Source: Octopus sinensis (Eukaryota). Taken from it: 64,000 bases of DNA. The stretch lies in the NCBI RefSeq assembly GCF_006345805.1, contig NC_043001.1, forward strand, positions 54,374,001 through 54,438,000. The letters run 5' to 3'. Numbering within the stretch: the first letter of the stretch is position 1; each line of letters starts with the position of its first letter. Shown in pieces: positions 1 through 12,933 of the stretch. The position numbers and the translations under genes are program-made. Under the pieces are notes generated by a model. It worked only from the letters and a program-made list of their open reading frames with translations, did no database searches and was not told where the DNA came from.

Positions 1-13
1 GTTTGTGAATCTT

Positions 14-169
14 GATGTTGACATAAATTCCTTGTTTTTCCTGATGAGAAAGCGGCATAATGTACTCCTTATTCCTTCACAATTAGGAATATGCAGCCTT
101 CGAAACATATGTCGAAAATAAAGGAAATTTGTTAATTTGTCGTTCAACTCCATTCTTTCATTATTCATA

Positions 170-170
<1 letters not shown>
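14..170 (+). mobile_element. Penelope-like pseudo-LTR remnant, same family as the arms at 51330-51762
   Basis: Co-linear and similar to 51612-51770; carries a hammerhead core; its 3' end runs into (TA)n at 175-207. Confidence 0.75.
36..118 (+). ncRNA. Minimal type I hammerhead ribozyme motif
   Basis: Stem I ttttc(36-40)/gaaaa(114-118); CTGATGA 41-47; stem II gaaagcggcata/tatgcagccttc; GAAAC-ATAT-GTC 102-113. Confidence 0.75.
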
Positions 171-211
<41 letters not shown>

Positions 212-216
212 AGAGA

Positions 217-1089
217 TGAACATTTGTAGAGATGAGCCACATTTGGAATAAAAAATGCAAATTCTCCACTTTACCTTCAAATATACAATTTGGGAGAGAA
301 TCCTTTGATGAAGTCTGTGTGTGTGAGTGTGTGTGCGTGTGAGCGTTTGTGTGTGCTTGTGTGTTTGCGTGCGTGTGTGTATGTGTGTCCATGTTTATGC
401 TGTGTAACTTCGATCACGCCTCTTTCAATTTCATGTTTTTGCATTAGAGAACATTAGTATAATACTTACACACTAGAAAAACACGCAAAACTCAGAACAT
501 ATCAATGCCACACATATACACATGAATATTTACAGAGATGAGCACTATGTTTACGATTTTTTAGTTATATATTTAGAATACAAAATGTACTGTCTCCGCT
601 TTTCTTCCAAACGTTCAATTTTGGAGAGATTTTTTTCTTTTTTTTTTTGATAAAATGTAGTTCCATTGCTTTTCGGTATGGCGGATTGTCCCGTGCACGT
701 TTGTAAAAGGAAAAAAAATTGACTTTTTCCGTCGCTGCATATTTCCAGATGCTTACTTAATGGGATCTTGCGTACTTCCTCTTGTCGGATATGTTGCATG
801 TGGATTCTTCTTCCACGTTTTTCTAGTTTGTAACAGTTATACTAATGTTTTCTAATGCAAAAACATGAAATTGAATGAGGCGTGATCGAAGTTACACAGT
901 ATAAACATGGACATGTTCTCAAACACAAAAACACATAGACACACACACGCACACACGCACACACACACTCGCACACACATTCACACACACACTTCATCAA
1001 GGAAATTCTCTCCAAAATTGTATGTTTGAAGGTAAAGTGGAGAATTTGCATTCTTTATTCCAAATGTGGCTCATCTCTACACATGTTCA
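217..1089 (-). mobile_element. Penelope-like remnant with ~250-bp inverted arms around a GIY-YIG C-terminal fragment
   Basis: 217-462 is the reverse complement of 837-1089; the spacer encodes on minus HMQHIRQEEVRKIPLSKHLEIC, like the PLE endonuclease C-terminus; (TA)n on both sides. Confidence 0.65.
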
Positions 1090-1128
1090 GGTATATATAC
1101 GTGTAGCATTTGGATGTTCTAGCTTTAC

Positions 1129-1198
<70 letters not shown>

Positions 1199-1207
1199 TA
1201 TATATAT

Positions 1208-1340
1208 TACATTTTTAATTTACAAATATTATACTAATGTTTTTTATGCAGAACTACATTTGATCAAAAAATTCACTCCCAAATTGAACATTTGAAAGAA
1301 AAGGGGAGACAGTTTATTTTGTATTCTAAATATAACTAAA
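1208..1340 (+). mobile_element. PLE endonuclease C-terminal fragment
   Basis: Translates to ELHLIKKFTPKLNI*; 1305-1340 matches the reverse complement of ~558-597. Confidence 0.5.
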
Positions 1341-1563
1341 GAGGAGAAAAGAAAAGACGAAAAAAGGGGAGAAAAAAGAAAAAAGGAGAAGAGAAGTAAA
1401 GAGAGAAAGAGAAGAGGGAAAGAAAGCAAAAAGATTTTCAGTGATGACCACACCGCACTTGTTATTTTTTTAAGAGGTCACCATCCTTAAACCCATTTCA
1501 ATACAATGGTAAATGACTAAATATATAAATAAATAAATGGTAAATAGGAAGGGGTATTCCCTT

Positions 1564-1600
<37 letters not shown>

Positions 1601-1921
1601 CTACCTATCTATCTGTCTTACTATCTATCTATCTATTCATCTAGCTATCTATCTACCTATCTACCTACCTACATTTCTATCTATCCATCTCCATCGTCAA
1701 TGGAACGTCACCCCAAAAAAACAAAAGCAAAGTTCTCTTCTTCTAAACAAAACCCCCCAAAACATCTGTTTTATATAAATGAGCAAGCTGTTTGTACATT
1801 CACAAAATTTTATTTGACAAGTTCGAGAAACGAATAATAATGGAGATATAAGATTTTTCCAAAGTTCTGACGATTTTTTCCCCAATATTCAATTTTTGTA
1901 TATCACACACACACATATATA

Positions 1922-2000
<79 letters not shown>

Positions 2001-2001
<1 letters not shown>

Positions 2002-2285
2002 TATAGCCTCAGGTCGAGCAAAGCCTTGTGAGTGAATTTCGTACACGGACACTGGAAGTAGACTATGTCGTATATATGTGCATATTTGTGTGTGTGTCTG
2101 ATTGTCTGTGACAACCGATGTTGTTGTGTTTAAGTCCCTGTAACGTAGCGGTTTGGCAAAAGACATCGATAGAATAAATACTAGGCTTGCAAATAATAAA
2201 TCCTGGGGTCGATTTGTTCTACCAATGGTGATGCTCCAGCATGGCTGCAGTCACATGACTGAAACAAGTGAAACAACAAAAAAAC
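2001..2285 (+). mobile_element. SINE family B, 3' part (LINE-like tail)
   Basis: Matches the reverse complement of 62610-63040; ends gctccagcatggctgcagtcacatgactgaaacaagt. Confidence 0.8.
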
Positions 2286-2429
2286 TGTCGTTTTAATCCA
2301 GAATAACGCCGGGTATCTCTGCTGATTTTAAATAAAAATGAAGTTGTATCCTTTAATTTGTTGTTTTTCTATGCACAAACCGAGAAGATATCTTGCAGAA
2401 CAGTCGTTATTTTAATGAGATGTATCTTG

Positions 2430-2539
2430 TAATCACCTGAAGAGACACATCTACACCGTCGGATACTCCTAGAACAGTTGTTAAGTATCTCACCCGTGAG
2501 AGATCGATACTTGATGGATTGAAACAATTGTAGTGATTA
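2430..2539 (+). ncRNA. Hammerhead ribozyme motif with extended stem II
   Basis: Stem I taatcac/gtgatta (7 bp); CTGAAGA 2437-2443; GAAAC-AATT-GTA 2521-2532; AATAAA follows. Confidence 0.75.
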
Positions 2540-2645
2540 ATAAACATTCTTGTATCTTCCATCTTCCGTCTCTCTCATTACTGTGAAAGTGAATGTGCTT
2601 TACCGGTAAGCTACCAGGTTTATACCATTCGATTCATTATCTAAT

Positions 2646-2885
<240 letters not shown>

Positions 2886-3164
2886 GATATCGTGGTTATA
2901 CTCGTTTGATAACTTGATCTGAGACTATATGCTGGAAATGAAGCAAAAACGCCATAGGAGAAACGTCTAAGCTATGTTAAAAGCACACCGAAAGTTTTAT
3001 ACTCCTCAAAGATTCAGTGTATTCCTCTCATCGATCAGCTCAGTGATAAAATTAGCCACAATAGACTATAAAATCACATATTAACGAATATAAAAGATTT
3101 TTGCTTTTAAAGGACTAAAATTACAATAATATGTATAGATATTTTAGTCCTTTAAGAGCAAAAC

Positions 3165-3530
3165 ACATAGGCGTGTCGTGCGTCAAGAAGTTTGCTTCCC
3201 AACCATATGGTTTCGGGTTCAGTCCCACTACGTGGCACCTTCAGTAAGTGTTTTTTTTTATGACCTTGGACCGACCAAACTTGGTGAGTGAGTTTGGCAC
3301 ATTGAAATTGAAAGAAGCCCGTTGTATATGCATGTGTCTGTGTGCGTTTGTGGTGTGTTTATGTTCCCGTAAATTAGCAGCTTGGCAAAGGAGATCGATA
3401 GAATAAATACGAGGTTTATAAGGGGAAAATATGAATAAATACAGGCGTTGCTTCACTCGACTAAAGCTCTTCGAAGCGGTGCCTCAGTAGGGCCGCAATC
3501 CGATGGATGCAACAAGTAAAATAGTAAATA
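3165..3530 (+). mobile_element. SINE family B, diverged near-full copy
   Basis: Head ggtttcgggttcagtcccac, shared body, tail gcggtgcctcagtagggccgca. Confidence 0.75.
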
Positions 3531-6448
3531 AGTAAGCAAGAATGTGTTATTTTCAGAACGTAAAAACGGACGAAAGACCGCTAAGCCTTTTGCTTGACGT
3601 ACCAAGGATTCTGTTAGCTCACAGTTCTAGTTAAGTAGGCAATATTAGAAAGTTAAAGTAAATACAAAAAAATCAATAACGTTCTATATGGATACATCTT
3701 TACAGCACAGGCCCAGCAAGGCTTACCTGTTAACTCTTGGGTTGTCATTGCATTTATTAAGAAAATGAGAAAAAAATGAAAACCCCTTAATTCCGTACTG
3801 ATGGTCTATTAAATTATGAATTTTTTTTGTCTTAGCACAAGGCCACACGTTTCTTGCAGAAACGAAGTCTAGTCAATTACATCGTCTCAAAGAAAGTGAC
3901 AAGTATTTTATTTTATCCAACTGAAAATGAGAGGTAAAGCGATCTCGGCTGAATTTGAACTGAGAACTCAATAGACAGTAACAGACTGCTGTGAGGAAAT
4001 TTGCTTAATACGCTAAAAAGATCCGCCAAACTTCTCTTGAATTATTAAACAAATTTAAATATTTTTACTTTCAAATGTTGCTCATGAGATTTTTCCGTCT
4101 TTACCCACTATATTTCTACATCATTTCATATTCACACTGCGGGAGGCTATTTGACATATCTTCAAATTCACAGTTGTAAACTTATTCTTCTAAAGTTGAA
4201 ATAACTTGATTAGAAGTAAATGAGATTTATATTTTTAGGAACTGGAGAAATAGGTGAAATTTACTCTAATCTTATTTTTACTAGAGTTTTTATCTCCAGA
4301 AATTTAAATTCCTAAAATTGCAATTATTATTTGTTGTTAGGATCTGAGGTAGTGAGCGTAACTAATCAACTTTTACTTTATAATTTTTTGGCGCATAACA
4401 AAACGTGCGACGCTTTGAACTTGTAATACAGTAATTGCTGTGCTTAATAATATTAAAATTTCAAAACTTTTCTTTTAATTCTGATCTTCAATCAACCCTC
4501 TTCTGTTATTTGTTGTTAATTTATCAAAGTGAAGTTTAATCCTTTGGTGGTTTAGTTAAATCATTTGTTAACCAGATCGTGTATTCTTCGACGAAATTAA
4601 AATAAGATATTAGTGGATTTTAAAATTTACAAAAACTTCTTATAATTATCAAAGTGATTGAGATGAGGAAAATCAAAGTGTATATTACAACTGTATTTAA
4701 TTAAGTATTGAACCAGTATCAAGGTAATTCATTGGTTTATTTGTTAAAGAATATACAACTTTATAGAAACGTTGACCAAACGTGACTTCAAATATGATAA
4801 TATATATCCAAACTTTAAACTTAACGGCAATATATAACTGAACTGTGAATTGAATGGAAATATATTACCAAACTTTGAATTAACTTAATGTAAACTCAAT
4901 AACAACCCAATACCCTTTAATTACATAGTTACTTAATCACCATGCCGTTATTTACTAGAAATAGGTTTTGAATATTTAAATGGAATGAGGATATTTAAAT
5001 GGACCCCGACTTTTTTTTCGTTCTGATCCCCTGAAAGGGAAGGCTCCAAAACTTATTTCTAGCATACTATCACAATATGCCTAACAACGTTACAATTCTA
5101 TCTGCTACTGTAATTAAAAAATATAAGAGACGCAAATCCAATTTCAGTCACTGATGTCAGAGTAACTGTTGAAATTTATGTAGCTGCATTGAGTAATGAT
5201 GGGTTCTGCACGCACTGAAATAGTACTGGAGGTTTCGTCTGTATTCTAATTGCATCCACAACGTCACTTTGACGTGATTCAGAACTCTCCAAATTATATC
5301 CACGAGTAGAGAGCAAATTAGACCCACAAGTTAACGGAACACTTATAATTCATGTTATATTCTCACAAAATTCATATTAGCGTGACTGAACAAGCGAGAA
5401 TGAAGTACCTTAGACATGAACAGAGAAAAATACCAACGCCAAATTATGACACTTCAATAACAACGAGAAACCTATTAACACAGCCATTCCCACCTGTTTT
5501 AGTTTATAACTGCAACCTCACTTATTTTTCACTAGTAACTGTTTCCTCGTTTCCGCCTCCCTTATTTTCCACTAATTTTTCTCTTCTCTCAGATCATGCA
5601 ATAAGACGTTGTTTGGCCGTTTTATTAAGTACCTTCACCAGTCCTATACATCAATTACGACAGTCAGCTATCAAATATTAGTTTCATATAAGGTATGACA
5701 CTCTCCTCTCACAATTTAATTGAAAAAGTCACAGAATATACTTTGTGGGTAACTTTCATACAGTGACCATTACTGCTTAATTCAACAGTGAAGATTTCAT
5801 TACTTAACACGAGAGTCAAGTATAAAAGTATAAGGACTAAATTCACACAGCCAAAATATGTTCCAGAGACATTTTTAGTCAGACGCTGATGTTTAGGACT
5901 TGAAACAACAGATTTGTTTCTAAAAACACTCTCTCCAAAGTGCAGGCCTGAGTAAAGGTTATTTTGTTTTAAAACAGCCCAATAGCTGCCCATGCATACA
6001 AGCCCCACTTCTTTATGGCACCGAAGCGATCTAAAGAGCTTACCTCATTTCAAGGGTAAGCCAAGAGCTTATATAGCTTGGTACAACAGCTGCCACGAAC
6101 TTTGACGTCAGAACGCTAAGAGCTAGGGCATATTTCGCAAAACAACCTCTCCGATACTCCTAAAAATTCTTCAAAGTTAATTCTGGTTGGATTTGAACAT
6201 ATGACTGGCAGCCAGAACAGATATTGCACGAGATTCTGCACAATTCGCTAATGACTTTGCCAAATCACAATTACCGCTCTAACGACTTTACTAATTTACT
6301 GCCTTGTATGTGGCTTTTATGTACACACAACCTGCGTGAGCAACACACTGACAAATGTAGGTATAGACGCGCGCGCACGCATAAACACTCACACACACAT
6401 ACACACACACACATACATACGTGCACAAATATAGACAGAATATATATA

Positions 6449-6511
<63 letters not shown>

Positions 6512-7059
6512 CATATGTATGTATATATGTATATATGTATGCATTTGTGCATATATATATAGAGAGAGAGATGAAGGGAGGGAGGGAGAGAGAGTGACAG
6601 ATAGACTCGGGACAAATGAACTTGTGATATGCATATATGCATACATACGTACATATATATATAGATATGGATATGTGTGTATGTGTGTGTGTGTGTGTGC
6701 GTGTGTATGCTTGTATGTAGGTATACATCGGACTGAGACGCACATGCTTCCAGTATACATTTTAATTCGTTGAACTTTAACAAAGAAATCTAAAATAGAA
6801 GCACTTAAATGTGAATCCATTACCATTGACTATATCGCTGAGAATCTATGCAGAGTGACTGTATTCCATGGGGACTGAAACTAGTCATTGGTAAGTCACT
6901 AAATGTTTCTTCCTCTCCCCTGGTCTTTCAAATCTCTCATCTTCCATTTGTTTAATGGAGTTATTTTTCACGCCAAATGATGTCAGCCGCTATATTTCAG
7001 ATCATATTTCTCATATCGAATACATGATTCGTTTACAAACACATTTCTGTATTTCGTTC

Positions 7060-7640
<581 letters not shown>

Positions 7641-7902
7641 AGAAACAAAATTGGTGTTAAAAATATGGAAGGAGAGATATAGATAATAAGGCAGTCTTCT
7701 CTTCTCATTGAGGCTATGCTGGAGCACAATTTTCTAGGATATAGCCAGTTAGATCTACCTCCGTACCTCTTTTATCAACCTCGGAAACATCAACGGTAAA
7801 ATGAACATGGGCAAGATGTAATCATTTACCACAACTTACTTTGAACGAGACGAGCAACCATGCTATTGAGCCACCATATTTAAATATACGTGGGTATGGG
7901 TT

Positions 7903-7937
<35 letters not shown>

Positions 7938-7943
<6 letters not shown>

Positions 7944-8166
7944 GTATGTGAGAGACACCACCATGCCGAAATAGCAGTCAAACCCTGACTCTAAAAACCA
8001 CCTAAAATGTTCATATCGCACCATGAGATAAGATAGATAGATAAAATAAACTAGCAAAACTGTCTCTCTGTCTTATCTCATGGTGCGATATGAACATTTT
8101 AGGTGGTTTTTAGAGTCAGGGTTTGACTGCTATTTCGGCATGGTGGTGTCTCTCAGATACCCTTAT
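7938..8166. repeat. Fold-back cassette with 96-bp inverted arms and a decayed hammerhead core
   Basis: 7938-8033 vs 8071-8166 with one mismatch seen; arm reads gggtat-CTGAGA-gacaccaccatgcc-GAAAT-agca-GTC-aaaccc. Confidence 0.85.
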
Positions 8167-8173
8167 TTATAGT

Positions 8174-8246
<73 letters not shown>

Positions 8247-8399
8247 TTGTGTGTGTGTGTGTGTGTGGTGTGTGTGTGTGAGTATGTCACATACTTTTTG
8301 TGGCGACTCTCTCACACACACACATACTGACTCACATCTAAAGAGATAGAGAGATGTAAACTGGCTATGCGAAAGAGCTATACTGGCTACAACTAATGA

Positions 8400-8941
8400 A
8401 AAGATTGATAAACTCAATCATGAAATTCTTCAAAAGTTAACATACATCAGAAATGAATTCTCGATCAATTAACAACAGTCGATCAAGATCAGATTGTTCA
8501 ATACCCTGTTGGATTTCTGAACACACTTAAACCTACTGGGATGCCATTGCATAACTTGACACTAAAACTGGGTGTTCCCATTATGTTGCTTAGGAATGTT
8601 GATCCATCTCACTTCTGTAATGGAACTAGCTCAATTGTTACTTAATTGTTATTTAATTATTACTTCCATGAAGCCCATGTTCTACAGGTAACAATCCTAA
8701 CAGATAGTCACAAAGGAGAAAATGTCTTTCTTTCAAAAATTCCTCTCGTACCTATAATTCCTCTCGTACCTAAAATTTACACAGTGAATATTGTTTACTC
8801 TGAGGTGCTTCCGGATATTGTTAAATAAAATATAGATATTTTGAAATAATTATGAGGAAAACCATATATCTTTATATTTATTATTCTTCTAATCTGAATA
8901 ATAACAGCAGTAACCCGGGCAACGCTGCATCATTCAGCTAG
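8400..8941 (+). mobile_element. Helitron remnant (PIF1-like helicase fragments and 3' end)
   Basis: LTLKLGVPIMLLRNVDPSHFCNGT at ~8555-8626; 3' end cccgggcaacgc...CTAG followed by T (8914-8942). Confidence 0.75.
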
Positions 8942-9108
8942 TATATATAGTAGTTAGCCGGGTAAGCACGTTCACTGCCTATGGCTATCTGACGTCATCA
9001 ACAATATCTGTACAATTGTCGCTGGATCTACCTCAGGAATTCCTCAGTATCCGTCGAGTACATAACAAATGATAGAAACGGAAAATGGAATATACGAGAA
9101 ACTCTATT

Positions 9109-9214
9109 GCTCATAATGATCGTTTCGACACGTATTGCATAAATCCTCCGCGGTGGATACTGTACAAATGGTTGTGGTGCATCCCCCGATGCAGAAGTGT
9201 CTCGTCAGGTGATT
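9109..9214 (-). ncRNA. Decayed hammerhead ribozyme motif
   Basis: Minus strand: CTGACGA (9208-9202), stem II gacac/gtgtc, GAAAC-GATC-ATT; cleavage triplet and stem I degenerate. Confidence 0.55.
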
Positions 9215-9540
9215 TTACAACAGGTATCTCGTTAAATAAACCCTGTTTTACTCAGTTTTAATACAGCATGTTGTTAGCGACCGTAGGTTTTAGCTCTGGA
9301 GCTTGAATGGCGAGGGCGAGATTGCGTTTCAATATTATAAATGGTTATTGGGTCTACATGTGTTTATTAGTAAATCAATGACAGTGAGTAATTAAGAATA
9401 ATAAAATATACAATGAAGTAAAAACTTATATGTGTGAGTACACATATAGATAGTTGCGTACACACACTTGCGGTCTTTTGCACACCCACACACACACTCT
9501 CTCTCACTCTTTCTCTTTTCTCTCTCTCTCTCTTTTTCTC

Positions 9541-9633
<93 letters not shown>

Positions 9634-10594
9634 CGCGCAGCTAAGTAGATGCCATTAAACACAATGATAAAAGTCCAGCCAGTCTCGTATGCGGTGCCGG
9701 GCACAGTACGTACCGTGACTGAGTCGGACCACTTCTACACCGAGGGATGCACCACAACCAGTTACCGTACAGTATCCCACCCACGACGGATCGATGCAAG
9801 ATGGGTCGAAACGGTCATTGTGAGCAATAAAGCTTCTCGTACATTCTGTCTTCCGTTTCTATCCGACCGTTAAATCATTTCTGTGTATCTTGCAACTTTG
9901 GATTACCCTTACTTTCTGGAATGTTTACCGTATCTATTGGATTTCACCAACATTTTCTCTAAACCTATGTAATCTTATTTTTTAAATAACAAACTCTTTT
10001 TTTTTTACATCCTTTTTAATATCCTTCCCAAAGTTTCTTCTATACACACACACACACTCATTTTAACTCTTCTGTTCTCACTCTTTCAACCTGTGTAAAT
10101 TAACTTTTCACCCCAACAATTTTTTTTCAAAACCCATTTTAATAACATTCCTTTTTATGTCTCCTCACAATCCTCTCTCCCTTTTACAATTTTGTTTCCT
10201 TTAACGATTTCTTACCTCAAGTTTCCCGTCCTGTTTATATAATTATTAATCTGTTACTTCTTTCCTTCCCAATCTTCTCCATATCTCAACCTAATCCTCC
10301 TAATTCCCTTTTATTGACTCGCAAAAGGATTTTTTCTCTGCACTTGTATCAGTTTTGTCTTTTGATTTTTGTTTTTTCTTTGTCAAGATACTTTTTTCTT
10401 TACTTTGCTTTCTTTATATCCTTTTCATAATCATCCTCGCCCTCGCACACACAAACACACACACTTTTGCATCTCTCCTTTTTTAATAATCACATGTTTT
10501 ATATATATTTCTTAACTAGTCTCTTTTCCCCATCTGCCTTTTTACATACTTCCTCACGCTCAGCTTTTTTTTATCTTTACCTTCTATCTATCTT

Positions 10595-10950
10595 TCACTT
10601 GCTTCAGTTATCAAATTGCAGCCATGCTGGGGCACCGCCTTGAAGATTTTAGCCGAATGAATCGACTCTAGTATTTCTTTTTTTTTTTAAGTTTGGTACT
10701 TATTCTATCGGCCTCTTTTGCCGAACAGCTACGTTACGAGAACGTAAATAGACCGACATAGGTTGTCAAGCGATGGTGGGCGACAAACACAAGCACAATG
10801 CACACACACACACACACACACATACAGACTTTTTTCACTTTCCGTCTACCAAATCCATTCACAAGCCTTTGGTCAGCCCAAGGGTATAGCAGAAGACACT
10901 TGCCTAAAGTGCCAGGCAGTGGGACTAAACCCGGAACCATATGGTTGAAA
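10595..10950 (-). mobile_element. SINE family B with internal (CA)n
   Basis: Co-linear with 62610-63040 and 52675-53087. Confidence 0.85.
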
Positions 10951-11344
10951 AGAACCTATTCATTTCTACTCATTATTTTCCCACCTTTATTCACTTTCTA
11001 AGCTTTCCTTTTCCTGTACAATCTTTAATTTATGTCTCCCCATTTTTTCTACTTCCACGCCTCTCTCTTACCTTTACCACATTCACATCCCACTCCACTC
11101 ACCTCCAGCCAGACACCTGCACACCACATCACTTTCACACACGCACACACACACGCACACACACACACGTACATACACACACACTTACGCTCAACTCATT
11201 AAACATGTACTTTCCTTTATATGAACACAACTACCCTCCTTTTCCTTTCCTCTTAACTCCTTCGCACAGTACTGTACTATTCCCACGCAGCCCCAAAATT
11301 TTTCTTTTCTTCCTTGCTTTCCACCACTTTTCTCTTTTCTCTTC

Positions 11345-11390
11345 CCTCTTATTCCTGATGAAGAACTCCATGTCCGAAATGTCAAAGGCC
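11345..11390 (+). ncRNA. Decayed minimal hammerhead motif (PLE pLTR-like)
   Basis: CTGATGA 11355-11361, short stem II, GAAAT-GTC 11376-11383; stems imperfect. Confidence 0.4.
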
Positions 11391-11466
11391 CATTTTCTTT
11401 TTTTTTTCTTTTATTCAAACGTGAAACTAATAACATCTTTAAGAAAAATTGTCCTTGTGTTTTTTC

Positions 11467-11510
<44 letters not shown>

Positions 11511-11540
11511 TGTAAAAACATGCATACATATACATACATA

Positions 11541-11603
<63 letters not shown>

Positions 11604-11608
11604 CTCTA

Positions 11609-12931
11609 CAGGGTGTGGCAGAGAGGACGGACATTTTTGAAAAGGCTATTACTCAGCCCCAGAGGGAGGGACATATATCCGACAGGAACCATGGTGTCTT
11701 AGAATTTTTCTTTTCTTTTCAGGTGAAGCCAGGGTAATGTGAACGATAGAATATCGCATATTTGACTACGACAGTTACGTGAAGAATTACGAGTCTGTCA
11801 CAGCAGTCCAGAATGAGTTTCGGCGCCACTTCAACATTCACCGAAATCAGGCTGCTCCCATCCGTCTTACGTTAGGTGAAAGCACTTCGTACACGAGATA
11901 CACTAATGAATAGGAGACCGGTGGAGGGCCCCACGAACGGTACGGACCCCGGAAAATGTGGAACGCATGAGACAAGCTTTTGATATAGTCTGAATCACTC
12001 TGTTCGGAGGCATTTAACTGAACTTGGCATCGGTAATCGATCGTTAAGGCGTCTTTTGCATGAAGACCTGCGTTTCCACCCGTACAAATTGATCAGTGGG
12101 CAACAGTTGAAACCACAGCACTATGCGCAGCGACTTAACTTCGCACGTCAGATGGAAGTAATTTTTCAGGCAAATGACAACCTCATTTTGTTAATGAGTG
12201 ATGAAGCTCATTTTCATCTCAATGGCATGATGAATCAACAGAAGTGTCGTTATTGGGCTCATGAACTCTGAGAGAACTACACAAAAGACCACTGCATAGC
12301 CCAAAAGTGATGGTCTGGTTCTGGTGTGTTGGAAAAGCTGCCGTCATTAGTCCTTAATCTTTTAAAGACAATAATGGAAATGTTGTTATTGTGAACTCCG
12401 AACATTATATTGAGATGATAAATAACTTCTTTGTGCATGAATTACGACGAAAACGTATGCCTATTCGACGTGTGTGGTTTCAGCAAGATAAGGCGACGGC
12501 CCACACAGCCAGAGCATCAATGGACGTTTTTCGCCCTCTCTTCGGTGACTGCATCATTTCCAGATTTACTGACATTCCTTGGCCTCCTCAGTCCCCTGAT
12601 TTATCCCTGTGTGATTATTTCTTGTGGGGAAACCTCAAGGCATGTTCGTATGCACATAAGCCCTGTGCATTGAACGATTTGAAGGAAGCTGTTCGTGTAG
12701 AAGTCACCCAAATCGATAGAGCAATACTGGAGAGAGTGGAAGCCAAATTCCAAGAACACCTGAAATGCATCAACGAAAATGGATACCAGATGATAGATGT
12801 TGTTTTCTACACCTAATTTTGACAAATGCTAATTCAATACGAACACATTAATGTCAATAAAATTTGTTTACAGCTAAATTTAATGATTTTTGTAAAATTT
12901 TTAAAAACGTCCGTCCTCTCTGCCAACCCTG
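11609..12931 (+). mobile_element. Full-length decayed Tc1/mariner element, DD41D (rosa-like)
   Basis: TIRs cagggtgtggcagagaggacggac / gtccgtcctctctgccaaccctg with TA on both sides; motifs MSDEAHFHLNG and FQQD...WPPQSPDLSLCD with 41 residues between the 2nd and 3rd Asp. Confidence 0.9.
11735..12816 (+). pseudogene. DD41D transposase, disrupted
   Basis: ORFs 12056-12271 and 12391-12816 separated by stops and frameshifts. Confidence 0.85.
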
Positions 12932-12933
12932 TA

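Noticed and set aside
9660-9835. Hammerhead-like GAAACGGTC with possible stems in a GC-richer island
   Set aside because: No CTGANGA box at the required position
10941-11702. 253-aa ORF and the many YIYI/HTHT/ERER/poly-E ORFs
   Set aside because: These are translations of microsatellite and low-complexity DNA with no domain content
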